From positions 2,944,001 through 3,008,000 of the forward strand of contig OZ245015.1 of assembly GCA_965223705.1 (NCBI GenBank): DNA of 64,000 nt, in the 5' to 3' direction. Shown here one piece after another: positions 37,903 to 46,807 of the stretch. Every line of letters begins with the position of its first letter. The stretch's first letter is position 1. The position numbers were made by a program, and so were the translations under genes. Under the pieces are notes generated by a model. That model did no database searches and was not told where the DNA came from. It saw only the letters and a program-made list of their open reading frames with translations. Source of the stretch: Myxococcota bacterium (lineage in GTDB: Bacteria > Myxococcota_A > UBA9160 > UBA6930).

Positions 37903-40614
37903 CTACAAGCTCTCCATCCGGCTGCTGGCCTCGACCAGCCGCGCCGCCTGGATCTTGTTCAAATTCGCGTAGATCCGGGCGGCGGCGCGCGGGTAGCGCC
38001 GCATCATCAGTTCGAGATCGATATCTTCGAAGCGCAGCAGTCGCGCGTCGTGTACGGCATCGACCGTCGCGCCATGGCGCTCCGCGAAGAAGCTGAATTC
38101 ACCCACCATGTCGCCGCGCGCGGCGTGGTGCAGGACGACGCGCGAGCCCGCTCGTTCCGTCCAGACTTCGACTTCGCCGTCCAAGACGACAAACATGTCT
38201 CGGGCGTGTTCACCTTCGCGGCGCACCGTCTCCCCCGCCGAGAAATTCTGGATGTCGGCGGTCAGCGCAAAGAGTCGGGTCTGCCGCGGCGAGAGGCCGT
38301 CGAACAGGGAGATCGACGACTGGGGCGCCGGGCCGAGGTCGAGCCGCAAGACGTCCCACAACGTGACGATGCGGACTCCGGAGCAGAGCGCCGGGGTAAG
38401 CGTCACGTCGATGAGCCAGGCGAAAGCGAGGGTCGAAGCGGCCAACGCGCCGAACTGGACTTGGTTCTGCAGATCGCTCCCCGTAAAGACGAGAAAGCCC
38501 AGGCACAGGGCCAAGGTCGTAAAGGTGACCGGCCGGATCACCGCGCGAAGCGCGAGCCGCGTCGCCTCGTCTTCTCGAGTCGTGCGTCGCGCCTCGGCGT
38601 TGAAGCGAACCAGGTAGTGGATCGTGTCGTCCACCGCGATCCCCAGTGCGATGCACGCGATGAGACTCGTCGAAGGCGTCAATGGAATTCCGGCGAGCGC
38701 CAGCACGCCGAAGTAGAACGCAATCGGAAGTGCGTTGGGCAGGAGCGCCAACAAACCGACTCGAAGAGAACTGAACAAAGCCGCGAGGACGATGTAGATA
38801 AAGAGCAGCGCCGCCAGCATGCTCTGCACCTGTCCGCGTGCGATCCTCGACAACGTTTCGGCCAACAGGACAGCCTCGCCCGTGATCGCCGCGCCGACGC
38901 CCGCCGGAAGCGATTTAGCGCGGCTTTCGATGCGCGTGACGAGGCTCGCGAGTTCGCGCGTGTCCGGCGTCGTCGCGCGCACGCGGATCAACGTGCGGCG
39001 GAATGCGGCATCACTGACGTCGTTGAGCGCGTCGCCGCCGCCGAAGATCAGCAACTGCTTCGCGAGTTCTGCACTGTCCGGAAGAACGAATCCCTCCTCT
39101 GGACCCATCAACCCCGCGTTGAGCACTTTCAGGTGATCGACGATGGAGACGCTCCCGGCCACTTCGGGCTGCTCGTAGAGCCAGTTCTGAAACGCCTCGA
39201 TCTCCGTCAGCAATTCGGGCTCGAGCACCGCATCGCGGTGATTGGTTTCGATTGCGACCAGGAGCCCGGTCGCGCTCCCGAAGAACCGATCGATCGCCTC
39301 GAAATCCCGGCGCGCGACGTGGTCCTCGGGCAGGTTCTCGATATACGCCGTCCCCACCGAAAGGCGGAACAGCGACAGGAGCGCGAACGCGAGAAACAAG
39401 AGACCGACGAGCAGCACTTCCCGTCGCCTCCGCAGCGCGAACGCGGCGAGCCGATCCCCCACGCGGTAGAAACCCGCCGCTCCGGGCGGTGCGCGTCGCG
39501 CCGGCGGCCCGGCCACGGCCAACAGGGCGGGCAACAAGACGATGGAGAGCCCGCCGGAGAAGACGATCCCGAGGAGCGCCAGCCAACCGAACTCGCGAAT
39601 GGCAGCGAGAGGGTGGATTCCCAACGCGGCGAGCCCCGCCGCAGTGGTGAGCGCGGTGACGGCGACAGCGACACCGACCTGGCGCACCGCGTACCCGGCG
39701 CGCTCCTGTCTCGTACCGCTCGTGGTCTCGGTAAAGGCCTCGAGCACGTGCATCGCGTAGGCGAGACCCAGGGTGATGACGAACGGCGGCACGATGACGG
39801 TAACGAGATTGAGCGGCCGCTCGAGCCAGCCGAGCACACCGAGCACCATCCCCACGGAAAGGCCCATCGCCAGCACGCCGAAGACGACCCCCCGCAAAGA
39901 GCCGAAGGCGACCACCAAGACGAGCGCGGCAAAGGCGAAGACCGCGGGCACGGCGAAGCGGAGCTCTCGCAAGAGAAGCTCCGCCGTCGCGCGCTTCACG
40001 ACGGATGCGCCCGTGAGATGGACCGCCCCGGTCGCGACCCGCGTGACCACCGCGCGCACCTGATCCGTCACGGCGTCAAGATCAGCGTCGCTCCCCTCGC
40101 GTAGCGAAACGATGAACGCGGCCGCCCGGGCATCCTCGGAGACCAGTACACCCCGGTAGAGGGGATGGTTCGCGAGGTCGTCGCGCAAGGCTGGCATCCG
40201 TGCCGGATCGGCTAATCCGGATTCGGTAAAAGTCGCCAAGTCGAGCGTATCGTCGTCGCTTTTCGGATTCGGAACCGACGCAAGCGAAGCGACGTCGGCG
40301 ACGCCGGGCAAACGAACGAGCTCCCGCGTAATCGCGTCGATTTGTTCGAAGACGGGAGCGGTGAAGACGTCGTCGACAACCATTACGGCGACGAGACTTC
40401 GGTCGCTGCCGAATTGGCTGACGGTGCGGTCGTACCGGACGCGAGCGGCGTCTCCGGTCGGAAGCAGGCGCTCCATTCCCGAATCGACGGACAGTTTGAG
40501 GCGACCGCTCGGCCATTCGAACGCGCCGATACTCGCCGCCACCGCGAGACCGAGAACGGCGCAGAGCAGCGCATACGGGCGCTGGGTGACGGTCGCGACG
40601 AGTCGCTCGAGCAA
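37903..40614 (-). CDS. MMPL/RND-family transporter with C-terminal cyclic-nucleotide-binding domain
   Basis: Two TM repeats (TALTTAAG; GIAVDDTIHY), followed by LFDGLS...REGE...MFVVLDGEVEV...GDMVGE...ATV, a cNMP fold. Confidence 0.88.
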   Translation of the reverse strand: MLERLVATVTQRPYALLCAVLGLAVAASIGAFEWPSGRLKLSVDSGMERLLPTGDAARVRYDRTVSQFGSDRSLVAVMVVDDVFTAPVFEQIDAITRELVRLPGVADVASLASVPNPKSDDDTLDLATFTESGLADPARMPALRDDLANHPLYRGVLVSEDARAAAFIVSLREGSDADLDAVTDQVRAVVTRVATGAVHLTGASVVKRATAELLLRELRFAVPAVFAFAALVLVVAFGSLRGVVFGVLAMGLSVGMVLGVLGWLERPLNLVTVIVPPFVITLGLAYAMHVLEAFTETTSGTRQERAGYAVRQVGVAVAVTALTTAAGLAALGIHPLAAIREFGWLALLGIVFSGGLSIVLLPALLAVAGPPARRAPPGAAGFYRVGDRLAAFALRRRREVLLVGLLFLAFALLSLFRLSVGTAYIENLPEDHVARRDFEAIDRFFGSATGLLVAIETNHRDAVLEPELLTEIEAFQNWLYEQPEVAGSVSIVDHLKVLNAGLMGPEEGFVLPDSAELAKQLLIFGGGDALNDVSDAAFRRTLIRVRATTPDTRELASLVTRIESRAKSLPAGVGAAITGEAVLLAETLSRIARGQVQSMLAALLFIYIVLAALFSSLRVGLLALLPNALPIAFYFGVLALAGIPLTPSTSLIACIALGIAVDDTIHYLVRFNAEARRTTREDEATRLALRAVIRPVTFTTLALCLGFLVFTGSDLQNQVQFGALAASTLAFAWLIDVTLTPALCSGVRIVTLWDVLRLDLGPAPQSSISLFDGLSPRQTRLFALTADIQNFSAGETVRREGEHARDMFVVLDGEVEVWTERAGSRVVLHHAARGDMVGEFSFFAERHGATVDAVHDARLLRFEDIDLELMMRRYPRAAARIYANLNKIQAARLVEASSRMESL

Positions 40615-40617
40615 GGC

Positions 40618-41433
40618 TCAGCGTTCGCGCCCCAACCGGTTCGGTTGGAACACGCGGTCCGGGATGGGCACGCCGTAGTCGGCTTCGACAATGCGGAGCG
40701 TGCTCGACGTTCCGTCGGCGAGATCGCTCATTTCGACGCGCCGGGCGACCCAACGACCGTCCTCCTGACCGAAGTCCTCGGGTTCGGCCAAGAGCCGCTT
40801 GCGCAAGACGTCCCCGGGCTCGAAGAACTCGATTTGGATGGGAAGGCAGGTGGCGGCGTCAAAGTACCAGCGAAGTCGTTCGTAGCGGCTCTCCTGCTCG
40901 CCCTCCGGCACGACGTCCATCACCCGAGCGGGACGTCCCAGGACGTCGGCGTCCGGCAGGAGACTCCGCTCTCCCCGGAGCGCGATGCCCTGGATCTGTT
41001 GGAAGTCCTCGTAGCTGAAGTCCGTGCCCCACAGCCGCGTGTTCATCATCCCGCCGGTCACGCGTCGCGCCTTCCTCGCGGACGGCAGGAACATGTACAT
41101 CGTGTCGGAACCCGCGTCCGCGATCATCAGATACGCGGCGCCCCGCAACTCGGCGGGATTCTCGATGCGACCGCGGAAACGAGAACTTTCCGCGCCGGTG
41201 CGCTTGAAGTGGAACTTCACCTCGAGCTTGCGGGTGGCTCCGACCCGATCCCGTGTCGTCGCCTCCACGAGCTGCACCGCCGTATCGCCGGGAAGGTTGC
41301 CGCGCGCACACGTGACGAGTTCTTTCTCGGCCCCGCTGTCGGCAAAGGCTCCGACCGGAACCATCATGAAGGCCAAAAGTGCCAGCCAGCGCGTCAAACG
41401 ACCGATCCGGCAGAAATTCGGGTTCATCAGCAT
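40618..41433 (-). CDS. Outer-membrane lipoprotein-sorting (LolA-like) periplasmic protein
   Basis: Signal peptide (AFA-D), PAELRG, MFLPSARKARR, GTDFSYED, IPDRVF. Directly upstream of the MMPL gene. Confidence 0.8.
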   Translation of the reverse strand: MLMNPNFCRIGRLTRWLALLAFMMVPVGAFADSGAEKELVTCARGNLPGDTAVQLVEATTRDRVGATRKLEVKFHFKRTGAESSRFRGRIENPAELRGAAYLMIADAGSDTMYMFLPSARKARRVTGGMMNTRLWGTDFSYEDFQQIQGIALRGERSLLPDADVLGRPARVMDVVPEGEQESRYERLRWYFDAATCLPIQIEFFEPGDVLRKRLLAEPEDFGQEDGRWVARRVEMSDLADGTSSTLRIVEADYGVPIPDRVFQPNRLGRER

Positions 41434-41505
41434 CGTCCCCTCCGCGAGAGCCTACCGTTCTTCCCGAAGGTGGTCCTTCACTGATAGCATCCACTCGGAG
41501 GGACC

Positions 41506-42252
41506 ATGCACATTCGTCAGATCGCCTTTGTCGCCGCCGAGCTCGAGCCGACGGTGCAGACACTTACGGACACCCTCGGCCTCGAGGTGGGCTTTCGCGA
41601 TCCGGGCATCGCAGAGTTCGGACTCGTCAACGCGCTGATGCCGGTCGGCGACACCTTTCTCGAAGTCGTCTCTCCCGACCGACCCGGAACCACGGCCGGC
41701 CGGTATCTGGAACGGCGCGGCGGCGACGGCGGCTACATGGTGATCGTGCAGACCGACGACATCGACCGCGATCGCGCGCGGATCGAAAAGCTCGGCGTTC
41801 GGGTCGTCTGGGAGGCTGTGCACGACGACATCGCGAGTTTCCACATGCATCCCGGGGACACCGGCGGCGCCATCACATCGCTCGATCAGCCGGTCCCGCC
41901 GTCGTCCTGGCGTTGGGGAGGCCCCCACTGGGCGGACCATCGGCGGACCGAGCGGGTCTCGGCGATCGTCGCGGCGGAACTCCAGTCGCCGAGCCCCGAA
42001 CGGCTCGCCCGCCGCTGGGCGGACCTCTTCGATCGACCGATCGAGGCCCGGGGCGAGAACTTCGCGATGCCCCTCGCGGCCGGGGAGATTCGCTTCGTAC
42101 GCGCGATGGACGGTCGCGGGGAGGGACTCGCGGCCATCGACCTGCGCGCGGCGGACCCCGACGCCGTTCTCGAGGCGGCGCGTGAGCGCGGCCTTCCGAC
42201 TCGCGAATCGAGTTTCGAAGCCTGCGGGGTACGAATTCAGCTCGTCGCTTGA
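41506..42252 (+). CDS. VOC/glyoxalase-like family protein
   Basis: IRQIAFVA, FGLVNALMPVGDTFLEVVSP, RRGGDGGYMVIVQ, HP.DTGG. Confidence 0.78.
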   Translation: MHIRQIAFVAAELEPTVQTLTDTLGLEVGFRDPGIAEFGLVNALMPVGDTFLEVVSPDRPGTTAGRYLERRGGDGGYMVIVQTDDIDRDRARIEKLGVRVVWEAVHDDIASFHMHPGDTGGAITSLDQPVPPSSWRWGGPHWADHRRTERVSAIVAAELQSPSPERLARRWADLFDRPIEARGENFAMPLAAGEIRFVRAMDGRGEGLAAIDLRAADPDAVLEAARERGLPTRESSFEACGVRIQLVA

Positions 42253-42319
42253 TCGACGTCCGAAGAAAGATGCAGAGAACGGGAGCGGACCTTGAGCCTC
42301 GCAGGGGCGTTGACGTCCG

Positions 42320-44149
42320 CTAGCGGTGGTTCGCCGGCGGAAGCCACGTCGCCCCGATCTTCACCGTGTAGGTGCTGGGGTCGTCGTTCATGTTTTCCCC
42401 CTGGTAGGGGCCAATCCGCGCGATCCCGCTTCCGTCGACGTGCGGTGACGCTCCTGGACAGCCCGCTACGGGTGTGTTGACTCCGGTGCAGAAGCGAATG
42501 TCATCCGGGGCGGCGGGCGTCCCGCCGTTGCACTTGTTGTCGCCCGTGTACTGGCAGACCATCCGAGGGTCCGAATCGTTGTTGCCGCTGGCGTAGGATA
42601 GGCCGTTCAGGTTCGCGATCCCGGCCGGCGCGTTCGGCGTGTTCGCGTTGACGTTGGCGGTCGTCGCGCCTCCGCAATCGATATAGGTGCCACCACCTCT
42701 GTGGCTCTCCCTGACGTAGCTCCCCAACCTGTCGTCGACAAACCAAATCGCGTTGTCGTCGATCGATCTGGGCTGGTTGTTGATGTGCGAATACCAGCGG
42801 ACCAAATAGTCGCCAACGTCGAGAAAAACGTTTCCGTCGTACTTGGCGTTTACGTTCTGTCGATGGTCAGTATTCGTCCGGTCGCATGAGGCTTCCGCAG
42901 TGTCGCCGTTTTGGAACCCTTGTCGGGCCCGATAAATGAGGTTGTAGCGGTAGGTCTGATCATCGGACCCGAAATTCGTCGTGTAGGCGGTAAAACGAGT
43001 TCCCGTTGTTTGACTCCAGTAGAGGTTCCTCTCCCACAGTCCGACATTCGCGTCCTCGTCGTGGCCCGCCCCCTGGAACTTCGAAACACCGATGTGGTCA
43101 TTGCAGGACGCGCCTCCATTCAGGACGTACATCTCGTTCCTGGCGAAAGTAAAGTCGTGGTTGTCCCTCTTCGGGAAAACGAAGTCCCAGCCATTATTCG
43201 TTTCCGTGGATGGATCGCAGACAGCGAACGTGTTGTTCGACACGTCCATACCCACACCATTGTACGAACGCACACCGGCCCAAGACTTGCTGGGTCGGTT
43301 GGGATTGACGCCCACCCGCGCGAAGTAGTTGTATTTCGCGGTCGCCCCGTCGGACACGCCGAAATAGACGGAAGAATCGTTTCCCGATCCCCTTGCGGTG
43401 TAGTCCGACTCGAGCGAGGAAGCGAAGTAGTTCCATTCGACCCGAATCGTCTTGTCCTGAGTACCGACTCCAGATCCCCAGGCCCAAAAACCAGCTCTCT
43501 CGATCGTGCCTCTTTCGCCAAATCGGAAGCCGTACCATTCTCCGGCGGCTCGGGCTCGAGAATCGTTCGTGTCGATCTCAGGAATGGGTCGGTCATTGCC
43601 TGAAATCAGCGCGGTCGCTTCAAAGGCCGCGTCGCTCCCTGCGTTGAGAGGAGCCGCGGGATAGCCGAAGTTCACCATGCCCTGCGTCGGGGATGTGCTG
43701 AGTAGCGGACCTTGATTCCAAGCGGTCGCGGCGCTGCGCCCATCGATGAGCGTGTAGTTGCTCGGGACCTTCTTCCAGCAAACCGTACGAACGCCGTTGC
43801 CCCACAAGTCGATCCAGTTCGCATTGCTTGCGGCGTTGATGCCGAGGAGCTGCTCGTTGTAGTCGTAGGGATCGTCGAAAGAGCCTGTGTTCGAGGTGCC
43901 TCCGTCGTCCGCCACCCAGGCGATGCTGGAAGGCGTGTCGTCCTCGCCATCCGTGGCGTCCTCGAGGCAGGTGGTGTCGTAGGAGGCCGGAAAGCCAGTC
44001 GCGGCAGCCCGCTCCACGACAGGAGGCGGCGGCGGCGCGCCCTGGGTAGCGAGCTGGGGACGGCCCGGGGGGCCAATCTGAGCGATTGCTCCCGCTCCGA
44101 TCAGGAGTCCTAGAGCGAGAACGGGAAATACGACCAAACGCGGCGTCAT
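42320..44149 (-). CDS. Secreted hypothetical protein, probable parallel beta-helix
   Basis: SD GGAGGG before ATG 44149. Signal peptide, Pro-rich linker, repeated [YF/W]N[YTLV][FI] strands, Cys pairs, C-terminal DP...SP..DG...IGPY. Lower GC than flanks. Confidence 0.7.
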   Translation of the reverse strand: MTPRLVVFPVLALGLLIGAGAIAQIGPPGRPQLATQGAPPPPPVVERAAATGFPASYDTTCLEDATDGEDDTPSSIAWVADDGGTSNTGSFDDPYDYNEQLLGINAASNANWIDLWGNGVRTVCWKKVPSNYTLIDGRSAATAWNQGPLLSTSPTQGMVNFGYPAAPLNAGSDAAFEATALISGNDRPIPEIDTNDSRARAAGEWYGFRFGERGTIERAGFWAWGSGVGTQDKTIRVEWNYFASSLESDYTARGSGNDSSVYFGVSDGATAKYNYFARVGVNPNRPSKSWAGVRSYNGVGMDVSNNTFAVCDPSTETNNGWDFVFPKRDNHDFTFARNEMYVLNGGASCNDHIGVSKFQGAGHDEDANVGLWERNLYWSQTTGTRFTAYTTNFGSDDQTYRYNLIYRARQGFQNGDTAEASCDRTNTDHRQNVNAKYDGNVFLDVGDYLVRWYSHINNQPRSIDDNAIWFVDDRLGSYVRESHRGGGTYIDCGGATTANVNANTPNAPAGIANLNGLSYASGNNDSDPRMVCQYTGDNKCNGGTPAAPDDIRFCTGVNTPVAGCPGASPHVDGSGIARIGPYQGENMNDDPSTYTVKIGATWLPPANHR

Positions 44150-44365
44150 AATGCCCTCCGTGCGTGAGCCTCGCGCGAATAGATCGCATTCGTCGCGATT
44201 GAACTGCGTACGTCTCGTCACTACTTAGAAGGAACCTGAGGTCTCGAAGTTGCAGCTTTGACGCAGATCGGCGTCTAACGTCCCGAACCGCCACGGAAGA
44301 CCCCTCACCTGGGTTTCGCGCGGTTTAGCGCCCATCCGCGCGGTTTTCTTCGAGGCGTCGCGCGG

Positions 44366-44581
44366 TCAGCCCGCCGCCTGATCGTCCTCTGAGCCGTCCC
44401 GCCGCTTCCGCAACGAGCCGAGCAGCAGCGTGCCCAACCCGAGGAGAATCTCGTCGGCGAAGGGGATCATGTCAGGCACGACCAGATCGATGACGAACAG
44501 GCTCGCGACCAGGCCAAACAGCTGCGGGAAACGGAGACGTCCCGCGAAGCGCAGCAGCCACGGCAAGAGAATCGTGCGCAT
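44366..44581 (-). CDS. Small membrane protein, DUF6116-like
   Basis: RLRFPQLF...LFVIDLVVPDMIPFADEILLGL pattern. Starts 6 bp after arsS. Confidence 0.7.
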   Translation of the reverse strand: MRTILLPWLLRFAGRLRFPQLFGLVASLFVIDLVVPDMIPFADEILLGLGTLLLGSLRKRRDGSEDDQAAG

Positions 44582-44587
44582 CGGAAC

Positions 44588-45550
44588 CTAGTTCGCGACC
44601 AGGGCGCCGCCGCAGCTCGAACCGGCCCCTGCCGTACAGCCGAAGCAGTGCGCTCCGGTCCCGATTGGCTGGCCCGCCAGTTCTCGCAAATCGTCGACGT
44701 CGAAGATGGTCCTTCGGCGGCCCGGGAATGGAATCTCGAGCATCTGATTGAAATCGCAATCCCAGAGCGAACCGTCGTAAGCGACGGAGACGAGCTCGCG
44801 ACACATCACTCCGGCGAGGGTCTCCGGGTTAAAGTGATTGATTAAGAGGCTCATATAAGCCTCGAATTCCCCGTCCCTCTCGAGCGAGTGAGCAAACCGG
44901 CTGATCGGCATGTTCGCGATTGCGATCAGCCGGTTGAAGCGGATCCCGAAGGCCCGATCGAGCTCTTCGCGGTAGGTCGCCTCGAGCTCGTCCTCGGCGG
45001 GCGGGAGACTCCCGCCTTGGGGGTTGTACACGAGGTCGAGGCTGAGCTCGGGGTCGCGGCCGTACCCCAGCCGATTGAGCGTCTTCAGCGCGTCGACGCT
45101 TCGCCCGAAGACGCCCTTTCCGCGCTGGCGCTCGACGTTTTCGAGGCTGTAGCACGGGAGGGACGCCACGATGGCGACGCCTTGGTCCGCGAGAAACTCC
45201 GCAGTGTCCTCCTGGCCGGGTTCGTAGAGCACCGTCAGGTTACACCGATCGATCACGCGCTTTCCGAGCTGGCGCGCGCCGCGGACCAAACGGCGAAACC
45301 GTGGATGGAGCTCCGGCGCGCCGCCGGTTACGTCGAGCGTCTCGACGCCGGAGCTGCTCGCGAGTAGTTCGAGGACGCGCTCGATTCCGCGAGCGTCCAT
45401 CGCCTCGGTTCGCTTGGGGCCGCTCTCCACATGACAGTGGTGGCACGCGAGGTTGCAGCGCTTCCCGATGTTGAGCTGCAGGGTTCGGACCCGACCTCGG
45501 ACAAGCTCGGGCAGACCCCGTTGCTCGAGTTCTCTGGCAAAGGCGTTCAA
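44588..45550 (-). CDS. arsS: Arsenosugar biosynthesis radical SAM protein ArsS-like (DUF3641 C-terminus)
   Basis: TLQLNIGKRCNLACHHCHV, DVTGGAPE, IDRCNLT, SLPCY, DCDFNQ, HCFGCTAGAGSSCGG. Probable TTG start overlapping the arsM stop; ATG 45571 is the alternative. Confidence 0.88.
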   Translation of the reverse strand: MNAFARELEQRGLPELVRGRVRTLQLNIGKRCNLACHHCHVESGPKRTEAMDARGIERVLELLASSSGVETLDVTGGAPELHPRFRRLVRGARQLGKRVIDRCNLTVLYEPGQEDTAEFLADQGVAIVASLPCYSLENVERQRGKGVFGRSVDALKTLNRLGYGRDPELSLDLVYNPQGGSLPPAEDELEATYREELDRAFGIRFNRLIAIANMPISRFAHSLERDGEFEAYMSLLINHFNPETLAGVMCRELVSVAYDGSLWDCDFNQMLEIPFPGRRRTIFDVDDLRELAGQPIGTGAHCFGCTAGAGSSCGGALVAN

Positions 45551-46719
45551 CAGCAACCTTCGGGGCCGCATGCCGCACCCGGGTCGACGGTCGCTCGATA
45601 CTCGGCGCCTTTCGTCTCTCGGGGATCGCGGCGGGTGGTGCGACTGCAGTCAAATAGCGCTCGCTCGCCCTCGGGTATCGGGTCGCGTGGCGCGATCGAG
45701 ATCAAGTCGTCGCCGTAGGGCGAACTCGTCAGGATCTTGTGCGTCTTCGCGCAGACCGCGACGCGCTCGCCTCGCTCGAGGACATGGCCGTCGTCGTCTT
45801 CGACGCGCTTCCAGGGTCCGCGATACATCACGGCCTCGTTCGCCTCGTAGCAGGGTCCCTCCTTGCCTTTCGAAGCGGTCACGGTGACCGATCGGAACTC
45901 GATGCCCTCGACGACCGCGAAGGGTTCCTCGGCGAAGCTCTCGATCGCGATGCCGTAGAAACCCGCCGCCTCGAGCGACCGCAAGAAGCCGCGTTCCTCG
46001 AACGCGCCCGAAATGCATCCGCTCCACAGGGCGGGGTCGTTCTTCAAATGATCCGGAATCGGCTCGTCGCTCACGATGTCCGAAATCGCGATTCGTCCGC
46101 CGACGCGGAGAACGCGAAAGATCTCGCGGATGAGCGTCTCTTTGTCCTGCTCGCGGACCAGGTTCAACACGCAGTTCGACACGACGAGATCGACCGAAGC
46201 GTCGGGAATCATCGGATCGCGTCGGCGAAGCTCGTCGCACACGGCGGTCAAGGCATCGAGGTCGCGGCTGCTGGTTACGGGATTCGCGCGCAACCATTCA
46301 TCGACGCGGTCCATGTCGAGAGCGAGGTCCTGGATACGTCCACGCCGAAATTCGACGTTCGCGTAGCCGACGCGCTCAGCGACGACCGGTGCAGCGCCGC
46401 GCGCCAGCGCCAGCATTTCGTCGGTCATGTCGACGCCGATTACGCGACCTTTGGCGCCGACCACCTGGGACGCGATGAAGCAGATCTTGCCACCGCCACT
46501 TCCGAGGTCGAGAACGGTGTCGCCTTCGCGGGCGAAGCGCGAAGGATCGCCGCAACCGTAATCCCGCTCCAAGACGTCTTCTGGGATCACCTCGAGGTAG
46601 CGGGAGTCATAGTCCACGGGACAACAGAGGCTCGGTTCCTGGGCCCCGGCGGCGGCGCTGTAGCGCTGACGGACGGCGTCTTCCGCCGAAGCCGTGGGTG
46701 TGAGGTGCTCGCTGGTCAT
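45547..46719 (-). CDS. arsM: SAM-dependent arsenite methyltransferase-like protein
   Basis: LCCPVDY, YGCGDP, VLDLGSGGG, VSNCVLNL, WSGCISGA, C-terminal CC. SD GGAGGA before ATG 46719. Coupled to arsS. Confidence 0.8.
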   Translation of the reverse strand: MTSEHLTPTASAEDAVRQRYSAAAGAQEPSLCCPVDYDSRYLEVIPEDVLERDYGCGDPSRFAREGDTVLDLGSGGGKICFIASQVVGAKGRVIGVDMTDEMLALARGAAPVVAERVGYANVEFRRGRIQDLALDMDRVDEWLRANPVTSSRDLDALTAVCDELRRRDPMIPDASVDLVVSNCVLNLVREQDKETLIREIFRVLRVGGRIAISDIVSDEPIPDHLKNDPALWSGCISGAFEERGFLRSLEAAGFYGIAIESFAEEPFAVVEGIEFRSVTVTASKGKEGPCYEANEAVMYRGPWKRVEDDDGHVLERGERVAVCAKTHKILTSSPYGDDLISIAPRDPIPEGERALFDCSRTTRRDPRETKGAEYRATVDPGAACGPEGCC

Positions 46720-46807
46720 GTGTTCCTCCGCGGCGGTCCGCTGAGAATACAGCGTCGCAGATTCCGCCGAGAAAGATACGCTCGGGGCCGGAGGAGGTTT
46801 CGCCAAA

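Noticed and set aside
37756..40104. Long antisense ORFs (also 8761-10842, 13845-15506, 15776-17488, 19299-20984, 29836-31989, 34457-36064 and 2-691)
   Set aside because: They are stop-poor antisense shadows of well-supported genes in a high-GC genome and contain no recognisable motifs.
44290..44345. Possible c-di-GMP-I riboswitch (AAACC...GAAA...GG on the minus strand)
   Set aside because: The stem around GAAA does not pair (GCGC vs CCCA) and the downstream GACGCAAAGC-like element is absent.
45328..45549. Selenocysteine read-through at the ...GCC-TGA end of the arsM-like gene, or Sec in ArsS
   Set aside because: The TGA overlaps the probable arsS start, the read-through frame looks non-coding, and ArsS has Cys at every motif position with no in-frame TGA.
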